Of a stretch of 64,000 nucleotides of DNA, positions 49,970 through 62,064 are shown piece after piece. Every line of letters starts with the position of its first letter. Position 1 is the first letter of the stretch. Position numbers and translations under genes: made by a program. The notes beneath the pieces were generated by a model that did no database searches, was not told where the DNA came from, and saw only the letters and a program-made list of their open reading frames with translations. The DNA is from Nitrospira sp. (GTDB taxonomy: Bacteria > Nitrospirota > Nitrospiria > Nitrospirales > Nitrospiraceae): the NCBI GenBank assembly GCA_024998625.1, contig JACOEL010000021.1, forward strand, positions 114 through 64,113, in the 5' to 3' direction.

Positions 49970-51297
49970 GCCCGTTTCCTCCGTTTCGCCGACGAGGCGG
50001 CACTCGACCCGAACACCCGGCGGAAGACCTGGTCCAAATGTCGCAGGTAATAGGCCGGGTCGAAGCAGGCAGTAATTTCGTGCTGTTTCAAGTGGGTGGT
50101 GATGAACGGATCGCGAGCGACCAGTTCCTGAAACCCGCCCCCGCCTTTCCACGCAGTCATTGCATTGCGCTGAACCGCCTCGTATGACTCTTTGCGCTGG
50201 GCGCCCTTGTCGATCAAGGCCAGCAGCAGTCGCTGCGAATAGACCAGGCCGCCGGTCAAATCGAGGTTTCGCTGCATCCGCTCGGGATACACAATCAGAT
50301 TCTTTACCAGGTCGGTCACGCGGGCCAACATATAATCGACCAGAATGGTGCTGTCCGGCATGATCACTCGTTCCACCGAAGAATGGCTGATGTCGCGCTC
50401 ATGCCACAGGGCCACGTTCTCTAATGCGGCCAGGCTATTACCGCGTACCAGGCGCGCCAGGCCGCACAGGTTTTCCGACGCAATCGGGTTGCGCTTGTGC
50501 GGCATCGCCGATGAGCCCTTCTGTCCGGGGGAGAAATATTCTTCCGCCTCCAGCACCTCCGTGCGCTGCAGGTGACGAATTTCGGTGGCGATTTTTTCAA
50601 TGGTCGCCGCCAATAACGCAAGCGCCGACGCATAGGCAGCATGCCGGTCACGCTGCACGATCTGGTTGGACACCGGATCCGACGCGAGGCCCAGCTTGGC
50701 GCAGACATATTCTTCGATTTCAGGGCCTTGATGTGCAAATGTGCCCATCGCACCCGAGAGCTTGCCCACCGCAATATCCTTCCGTGCGGCTTCAAGGCGC
50801 GTCCGGTGCCGGCAGGCCTCCTCATACCAGATCGCCAACTTGAACCCGAACGACACCGGCTCGCCATGAATGCCGTGCGACCGGCCCACCATCACGGTAT
50901 GGCGATGCTCGAGCGCACGTTTCTTCAGCACTGTGATCAACTCATTAAGGTCCTCGAGAATCAGATCGAGCGCTTCGGTCATTTGCACCGCCAGCGAGGT
51001 ATCGACGATGTCCGATGAGGTGAGTCCCATATGGAGGAACCGGTGCTCAGGTCCGACGGAATCCATCAGTGATTCGAGGAAGGCGATCACATCGTGTTTC
51101 GTGACCTTTTCGATTTCGGCAATGCGCGCCACATCGATCTTGGCTTTCTTGCGAATCCGGGCGCTGGTCCCGCGAGGGATCTGTCCGCCGCGCTCGAACG
51201 CAGCGCAGGCCTGCAACTCCACTTCCAGCCAAATTTCATATTTATGTTGAAGGTCCCAGATGGCACTCATCTGCGGACGGGTATATCGATCGATCAT
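49966..51297 (-). CDS. purB: Adenylosuccinate lyase
   Basis: MIDRY, HDVIAF, GRSHG.H, GSSAMPHKRNP, WHERDISHSS.ER. Confidence 0.98.
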   Translation of the reverse strand: MIDRYTRPQMSAIWDLQHKYEIWLEVELQACAAFERGGQIPRGTSARIRKKAKIDVARIAEIEKVTKHDVIAFLESLMDSVGPEHRFLHMGLTSSDIVDTSLAVQMTEALDLILEDLNELITVLKKRALEHRHTVMVGRSHGIHGEPVSFGFKLAIWYEEACRHRTRLEAARKDIAVGKLSGAMGTFAHQGPEIEEYVCAKLGLASDPVSNQIVQRDRHAAYASALALLAATIEKIATEIRHLQRTEVLEAEEYFSPGQKGSSAMPHKRNPIASENLCGLARLVRGNSLAALENVALWHERDISHSSVERVIMPDSTILVDYMLARVTDLVKNLIVYPERMQRNLDLTGGLVYSQRLLLALIDKGAQRKESYEAVQRNAMTAWKGGGGFQELVARDPFITTHLKQHEITACFDPAYYLRHLDQVFRRVFGSSAASSAKRRKRA

Positions 51298-51303
51298 TTC
51301 CCC

Positions 51304-51365
51304 TCGTCTTTCATCACTCGCATCGCGTCATCCAGGGAAACAGAGCGCATGGCCAACGGCGTATG
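51304..51365. repeat. Degenerate heptamer-periodic element between nusB and purB
   Basis: TCGTCTT TCATCAC TCGCATC ... GCGCATG GCCAACG GCGTATG. Confidence 0.4.
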
Positions 51366-51413
51366 GTAACAACCAGGGTTAACTTTGGATCTCTTGCCAT
51401 GAGCTATAGGCTC

Positions 51414-51866
51414 TTATTCGGAGCCCACCACCGGCAATTCGGGAAAGGCGCGCTTCCGTTCCAACCGTGCATCCGACCCGAGCACCTTGTCGAGAATGCC
51501 GTTCACGAACTTGGAAGCCTCCTCGTCGCCGAAACTCTTGGCCAGCTCGATCGCTTCGTTCAGCGTGACCTTGGCCGGCACCTCCGGCACGTGCAGCAAT
51601 TCAAAACAACCCATGCGGAGAATATTGCGGTCGATGATCGGCATTCGGCTGACCTTCCAATTGGTCGCATAGGTCCCGATTAGCGCATCCAATTCCTTTT
51701 TGTTGGCCCGGACGCCGGCGACCAATCGCTCCGCGAACACCCGCAACTCCTCAGCCAAGGGATACTGAATCCAGAAATCGTCCAGCCAAGGACCCGCCTG
51801 GCCATGAATATCGTATTGAAAGAGAATCTGTACCGCCCGTTCACGGGCTTGATGTCGGGAGGCCAT
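51414..51866 (-). CDS. nusB: Transcription antitermination factor NusB
   Basis: [37 protein letters not shown]. Confidence 0.96.
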   Translation of the reverse strand: MASRHQARERAVQILFQYDIHGQAGPWLDDFWIQYPLAEELRVFAERLVAGVRANKKELDALIGTYATNWKVSRMPIIDRNILRMGCFELLHVPEVPAKVTLNEAIELAKSFGDEEASKFVNGILDKVLGSDARLERKRAFPELPVVGSE

Positions 51867-51878
51867 AGTCTACGCCGG

Positions 51879-52421
51879 TCAGCGCTTCGGCCTCGCTGCC
51901 GATCGCCCGGCTCGTCGTGACGGAGTGGCCGGCTGCGGCGCCTCTCCGCTTCCTTCCTTTTTGAGCAGTCGCATCACATTGACCATTTCGATCGCCGTTT
52001 TCGCCGCATCGGCACCGCGATTCAACTTGTCGGGGTCGGCGCGCTCAATCGCCTGAGCCACGGTATCGGTGGTGAGGACGCCGAAGATGACCGGGATATT
52101 CGAGTCCATCGAGGCTTGTAGAATCCCTCGACTAACCTCGGCGCTGATATACTCAAAATGCGGCGTATCACCACGGATCACTGCGCCGAGACAGATCACC
52201 GCATCGAATCGACCGGACCGGGCAAGTTGGCGGGCCACGAGGGGAATTTCAAACGCGCCCGGCACTCGCACGACCTCGATCGCCTCGTCCGTTACGCCGG
52301 CCTTCGTCAGCGCCTTCACGCACTCCGTCAGCAACCGGCTGGTGACAAACTTATTAAATTTGCTCGCCACGATGCCGAACGTCAGCCCCGTCGCGTCTTG
52401 GGAACCTTTGCGAAGCTTCAT
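51879..52421 (-). CDS. ribH: 6,7-dimethyl-8-ribityllumazine synthase
   Basis: VPGAFEIP, LGAVIRGDTPHFEY, FGVLT, QAIERA. Confidence 0.96.
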   Translation of the reverse strand: MKLRKGSQDATGLTFGIVASKFNKFVTSRLLTECVKALTKAGVTDEAIEVVRVPGAFEIPLVARQLARSGRFDAVICLGAVIRGDTPHFEYISAEVSRGILQASMDSNIPVIFGVLTTDTVAQAIERADPDKLNRGADAAKTAIEMVNVMRLLKKEGSGEAPQPATPSRRAGRSAARPKR

Positions 52422-52580
52422 GGGATGAGATAACGAGTCAGACGTCTCATGGACTGTGTGCGCCGAAGAAAGAGGGCGATCATACCTGGAAACGCCCTCA
52501 AATGGCTACACGTTTCAGGCCGTCTGCGCACGCATCCTTCCCATACGAGGAGGACTCAGGATTGAGACCAGCGCGCGACG

Positions 52581-53789
52581 CTAGACCTTCTTCAGCAGAT
52601 GGCCGAGCTTGGCTTTTTTGGTGCGGAGATATTTTTCGTTGTCGGCACGGGGAGCGATCTCGATCGGCACCCGTTCGACCACCTTCAATCCGTAGCCTTC
52701 GATGCCGACGATCTTGCGCGGATTGTTGGTAATCAACCGGATTCGATGCAGCCCGAGCTGCACGAGGATCTGTGCGCCGACCCCATAGTCGCGCAGATCG
52801 GCCTTGAATCCGAGTTGGAGATTCGCTTCGACGGTATCGCTGCCAGAATCCTGCAAACCATAGGCACGGATCTTATTCAGCAAGCCGATCCCGCGCCCCT
52901 CTTGATTCAGGTAGAGCAACACGCCCCGACCGTCCTTCTGGATGATCTCCATCGCCCGGTGGAGCTGCTCACGGCAGTCGCAGCGCAACGATCCCAGCAC
53001 ATCCGCCGTCAAACAACCGGAATGGACCCGGACCAGCATCGGGGTCTCGGCATCCACCTGGCCCTTCACCAGCGCAATGTGAGTCGCGCCGTCGATATCG
53101 TTCTCGAACGCAATCGCTTCGAAATCGCCGAAGGTGGTGGGCAGCAAGGCACTGGCCGCTCGCCGCACGAACGTCTCACGATGCATGCGGTACTCGATCA
53201 ACGCCTTGATCGTGACCATTTTCAGCTTGTGCCGCTTGGCAAACTTGGTCAGTTCCGGTACGCGAGCCATCGTGCCGTCTTCGTTCATGATCTCGCAGAT
53301 GACACTGGCCGGATAGAGTCCGGCCAATCGCGCCAGGTCCACCGACCCTTCCGTCTGCCCAGCGCGCCTGAGCACCCCGCCGACTTGTGACTTCAGGGGA
53401 AAGATGTGACCGGGGCGCGCCAGATCGGCCGGAGTAGAACGGGGATCGATTGCGACATGAATGGTCGTGGCACGATCGGCCGCTGAGATACCGGTGGTGA
53501 TCCCTTTGCGAGCATCGATGGAGACCGTAAACGCGGTGCCGAACGTGGCCGTATTCTCGGCCGCCTGCGGCGTCAATTGTAATTCCTCAACACGCTCCGG
53601 AGTCAGCGCCAGACAGATGAGGCCACGGGCATGTTTGGCCATGAAGTTGACGGCATGCGGCGTAACCTTGCTGGCCGCCATCACAAGATCGCCCTCGTTT
53701 TCGCGATCTTCGTCATCGACGAGGATGATGAACTTCCCTTTCTTGATATCCTTGATCGCGTCTTCGATCGAATTAAACGGTGTCGCCAT
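52581..53789 (-). CDS. ribBA: Bifunctional DHBP synthase / GTP cyclohydrolase II
   Basis: [43 protein letters not shown]. Confidence 0.97.
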   Translation of the reverse strand: MATPFNSIEDAIKDIKKGKFIILVDDEDRENEGDLVMAASKVTPHAVNFMAKHARGLICLALTPERVEELQLTPQAAENTATFGTAFTVSIDARKGITTGISAADRATTIHVAIDPRSTPADLARPGHIFPLKSQVGGVLRRAGQTEGSVDLARLAGLYPASVICEIMNEDGTMARVPELTKFAKRHKLKMVTIKALIEYRMHRETFVRRAASALLPTTFGDFEAIAFENDIDGATHIALVKGQVDAETPMLVRVHSGCLTADVLGSLRCDCREQLHRAMEIIQKDGRGVLLYLNQEGRGIGLLNKIRAYGLQDSGSDTVEANLQLGFKADLRDYGVGAQILVQLGLHRIRLITNNPRKIVGIEGYGLKVVERVPIEIAPRADNEKYLRTKKAKLGHLLKKV

Positions 53790-53854
53790 AATCCCTCGAT
53801 GGTGCAGGCCGGCCTGCTTCGGTGGCCCAGCTAACTCTTTTTAAAGCACCCCTG

Positions 53855-55096
53855 TCAACGGGAAAAACCGCCGGGGGTCGTGACCTGCGCAATGGCTTGT
53901 GAACGCCACCGCAGGGCCGGAACCACCGTCATCGCCGCGGCGATACTCACGACCGCCAATGCCACAAACCCGAACAGAAACGTGCCCGTACTTTCCCGCA
54001 GGAACCCGAACCCGATGGGCACCAGGAACCCGCCGATCCCGCCGGCAGCGCCAACCAGGCCGGAGGCCAGACCGATATCCCTCGGAAACCACTCGGAGAC
54101 GATCTGAAAAATCACCCCGTTCCCGACCCCCATCACCGCAACCGTCACGACCAATAGTCCGACGGCCCAGGGTAGCGCCGGAAGCGACCCTGCCAGTGCC
54201 GTCGTCGAAGCGAGGGCAACAAACACCCCGACCAGCACAGGCAGCCCGCCCCATCGATCCGCCACATATCCGCCGACCGGACGAATCAGGCTCCCCATGA
54301 ACCCGCAGAGCGCAGCGATGGAACCGCCGGCGATCGGATCGCTGCCATAATGATCGTGCAACAACACCGGCAGAAAACTCGTCAGCCCGACGAATCCGCC
54401 GAATGTGATGCCATACACCATACAGAGCCAATAGACCGACGGCACCCGCGCCATCTCCCAGGCCGCCTGCCACCAGGCCCCCTCCCCTGCGGCGCGGATA
54501 ATAGGCTCGTTCCGCACCACGGTGGCAAAGAGACCGATCGTGATCAGAATGGGGACGGCCATGAGTCCGCAAGCCCAGTGCCACCCGATGGCCACTTCCC
54601 ACCGTGGAGCGAACAGCAGCACAAGGACGGTCCCGATATTCCCCGAGGCCACCAGGCCCAACACCAGACCTTGATGGGTCGCGGGATACGCCCGGCTGGC
54701 CACCGGCATCGCCACCGCAAAACTCGCCCCTCCGGCACCAAGCAGGAGCGCAATGCCGAGGAGTTCCACATAACTCCGCCCTCCGAGCGCCGCCCAGATG
54801 ACCGCGAGCAGTTGAAGCCCCAACACCAGCAAACCGGTCCACTTCGCCCCATACCAGTCACAGGCCCAACCGGCGGCAATTCGCAGCCCCGCGCCTCCCA
54901 GCAACGGCAGCGCCACCAGTACGCTCTGTTGGGTCGCGGCCAGCCCCAGTTCCTGTCCGATCGCCACGGCCAAGGCTCCGAGCAACAGCCACACCATGAA
55001 ACTCACGGTGAGATGCAACCAGGCTCCGGCCAGAGTCGGCCAATGCCCGCTCCGCAGGGCTACCCCCAGCATGCTGAGACTCATCAACGACTTCAT
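53855..55096 (-). CDS. NarK/NNP-family MFS nitrate/nitrite transporter
   Basis: GHWPTL, GASFAVA, GNIG, FGGFVG, RP.GG..AD..GG, GNG.IFQ, GAAGG.GGF. Confidence 0.82.
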   Translation of the reverse strand: MKSLMSLSMLGVALRSGHWPTLAGAWLHLTVSFMVWLLLGALAVAIGQELGLAATQQSVLVALPLLGGAGLRIAAGWACDWYGAKWTGLLVLGLQLLAVIWAALGGRSYVELLGIALLLGAGGASFAVAMPVASRAYPATHQGLVLGLVASGNIGTVLVLLFAPRWEVAIGWHWACGLMAVPILITIGLFATVVRNEPIIRAAGEGAWWQAAWEMARVPSVYWLCMVYGITFGGFVGLTSFLPVLLHDHYGSDPIAGGSIAALCGFMGSLIRPVGGYVADRWGGLPVLVGVFVALASTTALAGSLPALPWAVGLLVVTVAVMGVGNGVIFQIVSEWFPRDIGLASGLVGAAGGIGGFLVPIGFGFLRESTGTFLFGFVALAVVSIAAAMTVVPALRWRSQAIAQVTTPGGFSR

Positions 55097-55307
55097 TTCG
55101 CGACGGCTTCGTTCATGTCATCCGTTTGGCTGTTCAGCATCAGCATCACTCAGACACTATACGAGGCGCGATTTCAGAGACGCAAGGGACGCACGGACAA
55201 GCCGCCGCATCACGTTGTTGCCTGGCACCTGACATCTGGTATAGTCAGCCCTTGCCAGGACGATTCACGATGAACGGCCTGGCTGGTAGCCCATAGTTTC
55301 GACCCCT

Positions 55308-56330
55308 ATGACACAGCGCAAACACACACACGACTCGGATTCTCACGCAAACCTGGACGAAGACATCGACGCCATCGAACCCGAGGCTCTGGAGCCGACG
55401 GACGAAGAGGTTACGGAGGAACATGAGGCAGCCGACCGCCAGCCGGCGAAAGAGCCGCAGGAGGCTCCGCTTTCGACCTCTCTGGTCCCGGTCACCACAC
55501 TCCAACAATACCTGACAGAAATCCGCCGATATCCCTACCTCAGCAAGGAAGAAGAACTCCGGCTCTTCGAGGAATATCAGCTCCGGGGCAGTCGTGATGC
55601 GGCCATGAAGCTCATCCTGGCCAATCTGCGAGTCTCCGTCTCCATTGCGTCGGAGTACCTGCATACCGGCGCCGACCACATGGATTTGATTCAGGAGGGC
55701 AACGTCGGCCTGCTCCAGGCAATCAAGAAATTCGACCCCACAAAGAATGTCCGCTTTTATGCCTACGCGGCCTGGTGGGCGAGGGCTTACATTCTTCGGT
55801 ACCTGCTGAACACGTACCGCCTCATCAAGGTCGGCACGACCCAGGACCAGCGCAAGCTCTTCTACAACCTGAAGAAAGAAAAGGCCAAACTCGAACGGGA
55901 AGGCTTCGCGCCCGACAGCAAACTCCTGGCGGATCGCCTCAACGTGCGCGAACGCGATGTCATCGAAATGGATCAACGGCTGGGCAGCTGGGAACTGTCG
56001 CTCGACCAGCCCATCGGCCAGGAAAACGACGGCACGCTCATGGATATCCTGCCCGCGCATGAGCAGCCGGCGGACGAAAAGCTGGCCGATACCCAACTTA
56101 AAGCGCTATTCCGGAAGAAGCTGGCCGAATTCACAAAGACTCTCGATGAGCGCGAAGAAGATATCTTGCGTAACCGCATCCTCTCCGAGACACCTTTGAC
56201 CCTTGAAGACATGGGCGACAAATACGGCATCACCAAAGAACGTACCAGGCAGCTGGAAGCGCGGATCATCAAACGCCTCCGTGACTACATCAAAAAGGAT
56301 GTAAAGGACTTTGACCGCCTGCGGATGTAG
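55308..56330 (+). CDS. rpoH: RpoH/sigma-32-family RNA polymerase sigma factor
   Basis: LILANLR, DLIQEGN.GL, RpoH box QRKLFYNL, T.ER.RQLE. Confidence 0.85.
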   Translation: MTQRKHTHDSDSHANLDEDIDAIEPEALEPTDEEVTEEHEAADRQPAKEPQEAPLSTSLVPVTTLQQYLTEIRRYPYLSKEEELRLFEEYQLRGSRDAAMKLILANLRVSVSIASEYLHTGADHMDLIQEGNVGLLQAIKKFDPTKNVRFYAYAAWWARAYILRYLLNTYRLIKVGTTQDQRKLFYNLKKEKAKLEREGFAPDSKLLADRLNVRERDVIEMDQRLGSWELSLDQPIGQENDGTLMDILPAHEQPADEKLADTQLKALFRKKLAEFTKTLDEREEDILRNRILSETPLTLEDMGDKYGITKERTRQLEARIIKRLRDYIKKDVKDFDRLRM

Positions 56331-57870
56331 GACGGCGACCTTCTTCAGAATCGCCATCGCCGGCTTCCTACTGGCGGCGGTCGGCGAAACCGTTTCACCC
56401 GTCCGCTCACTCGCCGACTCTCCCATCACCCGGGAAAATGCCCGACCAGGCGATGCCGGCTGGGTACTCACCGACCCGGCCGAACGTGAGGTTGAAGGAT
56501 ATGCCTCAGCCACCAGCATCCAGCGCGGGGACACACTCCACTTCTACATCCACAGCACCGACCCACGTATCACTGTCGCCATCTACCGGATGGGTTGGTA
56601 TGCGGGTGCCGGAGCCCGGTTGGTCCAAGGCGGCATTTCGCTTCCAGGAGTTCGACAACCGATGCCCACGGCAGACCCGGTCACCGGACTCATCGAATGT
56701 CAGTGGCAGGTGTCGTTCACGCTCAGCACGAAAACGGAGGAGCCCGGCGAATGGCTGAGCGGCATCTACCTCGCCAAGTTGACTGGCACGAGCAGCGGCA
56801 AACAAAGCTACATTATCTTCGTCGTCAGGGAAGATGACCGGCCGGCCGACTTTTTGTTTCAGTCCAGCGTCACGACCTTCCAGGCGTACAACAACTGGGG
56901 CGGCAAATCGACCTACCCCTCGAACAGCCGCGATGAACAATGGGCGCGGAAAGTCTCGTTCAACCGTCCCTATGCCGCCAGCCAACACCCGCGGGGCGCT
57001 AGCGGAACCGGAGCGGGAGAGTTCCTGACCGCCATGTCGATCCACCCGACCCGCTCCCTCTCGACCGCCGGGTGGGAATACAACATGGTGCGGTGGCTGG
57101 AACGTAATGGCTACGACGTCACCTACAGCACCGATATCGACACCCATAGCCGACCCGGTTTCTGGAAACAGCACAAGGCTTGGCTGTCGGTCGGCCACGA
57201 TGAATACTGGTCCGATGCCATGCGACGCCATATAGAGGCGGCCCGCGACCAGGGCCTGGGACTCGGCTTCTTTTCCGCCAATACCTGTTACTGGCAGATC
57301 AGGCTCGAACCCAGCCCATTCACGGGTGAACCAAATCGGACCTTGGTATCCTATAAGGAAGTCGCCCTGGCGGAAGACCCCTATGCCCTGGATGGCGATC
57401 CGTCCAACGACCACCTGATCACCGTTCAATGGCGCGACCAGCCGCTGAACCGACCCGAACACAAGCTACTCGGCGTGATGTTTGAGACCGTCCCGGTGGA
57501 CGGAGACCTGATCATCACCCAGCCATCCCATTCGCTGTTTAATGGTGTCCCGCTGCCTTCGGATCATCGCCTGCCCGGCCTGCTAGGATACGAGATCGAC
57601 CGGGCATTCCCAGACGGGCCGGCGGAGCTGGAGATCCTTGGCCATTCTCCCCACCAGCGGAATGGACAGGTCGTGTATGGTGATATGACCCTCTACCAAG
57701 CCCCGAGCGGGGCCCACGTGTTCGCGACAGGAACCATGCAGTGGAGTTGGGGGCTGGATGACTACAATGCGCCGGCGCTGCGAACCGCTCGCACCAGTGA
57801 AGCCGCTCAACAGATTACCCGCAATGTCCTGGAACTCCTGACTCGGAAGACGCCCCCGTCTGCTCAATAA
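56311..57870 (+). CDS. Exported N,N-dimethylformamidase beta-subunit-like (DUF6605-like) protein; start uncertain
   Basis: ENARPG, EGYASA.S, QAYNNWGG.S.Y, VSFNRPY, SVGHDEYWS, GNT-like SANT, FATGTMQWSWGLD. Confidence 0.8.
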   Translation: MTACGCRTATFFRIAIAGFLLAAVGETVSPVRSLADSPITRENARPGDAGWVLTDPAEREVEGYASATSIQRGDTLHFYIHSTDPRITVAIYRMGWYAGAGARLVQGGISLPGVRQPMPTADPVTGLIECQWQVSFTLSTKTEEPGEWLSGIYLAKLTGTSSGKQSYIIFVVREDDRPADFLFQSSVTTFQAYNNWGGKSTYPSNSRDEQWARKVSFNRPYAASQHPRGASGTGAGEFLTAMSIHPTRSLSTAGWEYNMVRWLERNGYDVTYSTDIDTHSRPGFWKQHKAWLSVGHDEYWSDAMRRHIEAARDQGLGLGFFSANTCYWQIRLEPSPFTGEPNRTLVSYKEVALAEDPYALDGDPSNDHLITVQWRDQPLNRPEHKLLGVMFETVPVDGDLIITQPSHSLFNGVPLPSDHRLPGLLGYEIDRAFPDGPAELEILGHSPHQRNGQVVYGDMTLYQAPSGAHVFATGTMQWSWGLDDYNAPALRTARTSEAAQQITRNVLELLTRKTPPSAQ

Positions 57871-58038
57871 TCCAGATTTCGCCCTCCCAATGACTCCAAC
57901 TTGAGCTCGTAACCCAATCTTGTGGCGGCCATTTCAAAAACCCATCGGGGAGCTTCACGCACATACTAAGGAGAATCAATAGTTTAGGGCCCATAATCTG
58001 ATTGCATCTGTTCAAAGAATAATTTTATAGTTCATCCA

Positions 58039-58066
58039 TTGACTTGCCCCGCGCTAGCGCTATCTA
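58039..58066 (+). promoter_or_regulatory. Possible sigma70-type promoter of groESL
   Basis: TTGACT-16 nt-TATCTA after an AT-rich UP-like tract. Confidence 0.3.
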
Positions 58067-58180
58067 TGTTTCGAGTTTTCTGCAGGTCGCCCTTGCAGTA
58101 ACACGTCAGAGCTGAATTTCCAGCTTTTACACAACTGTACATTAGGGCCTAGACGCTCATTACCAGAAGGAGGATTGGGT

Positions 58181-58483
58181 ATGGCTACGGAAGCGAAAGA
58201 CAAGAAATCCACTGCTGCGAAAAATTTCCAGCCGCTCGGTGACCGGTTGTTCGTCACCTACACCGAGGAGATGGAGCGGACATCCGGCGGTATCTATGTC
58301 CCTGACTCTGCGAAGGAAAAGCCGCAGCGGGGTATCGTGCAGGCCATCGGGAAGAAGGTCGAGAACATCAAGGTCGGTGACCAGGTGTTGTTCGACAAGT
58401 ATTCCGGTAGCAAGCTTCGGATCGAAGACGAAGAATGCCTCATCCTTAAGGAAGAGGACATCCTCGGCATCTTCACCAACTAA
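58181..58483 (+). CDS. groES: Co-chaperonin GroES
   Basis: AGGAGG RBS; QPLGDR, T.GGIY.PDSAKEKPQ.G, KVGD.VLF.KY.G. Confidence 0.95.
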   Translation: MATEAKDKKSTAAKNFQPLGDRLFVTYTEEMERTSGGIYVPDSAKEKPQRGIVQAIGKKVENIKVGDQVLFDKYSGSKLRIEDEECLILKEEDILGIFTN

Positions 58484-58530
58484 TTCTGATTGACCCCAAA
58501 ACACCTGAAACACGACTACTAGACGATTAA

Positions 58531-61994
<3,464 letters not shown>

Positions 61995-62064
61995 GGCGCC
62001 GCATTATACTGGCGCAATTCTTCCGGTACAACGCGACCACCTTCGGGTATACTCCAGCGGAATC

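Noticed and set aside
58053-58080. CIRCE operator before groESL
   Set aside because: Only 6 of 9 matches in the left arm and GAGT only in the right arm, at wrong spacing.
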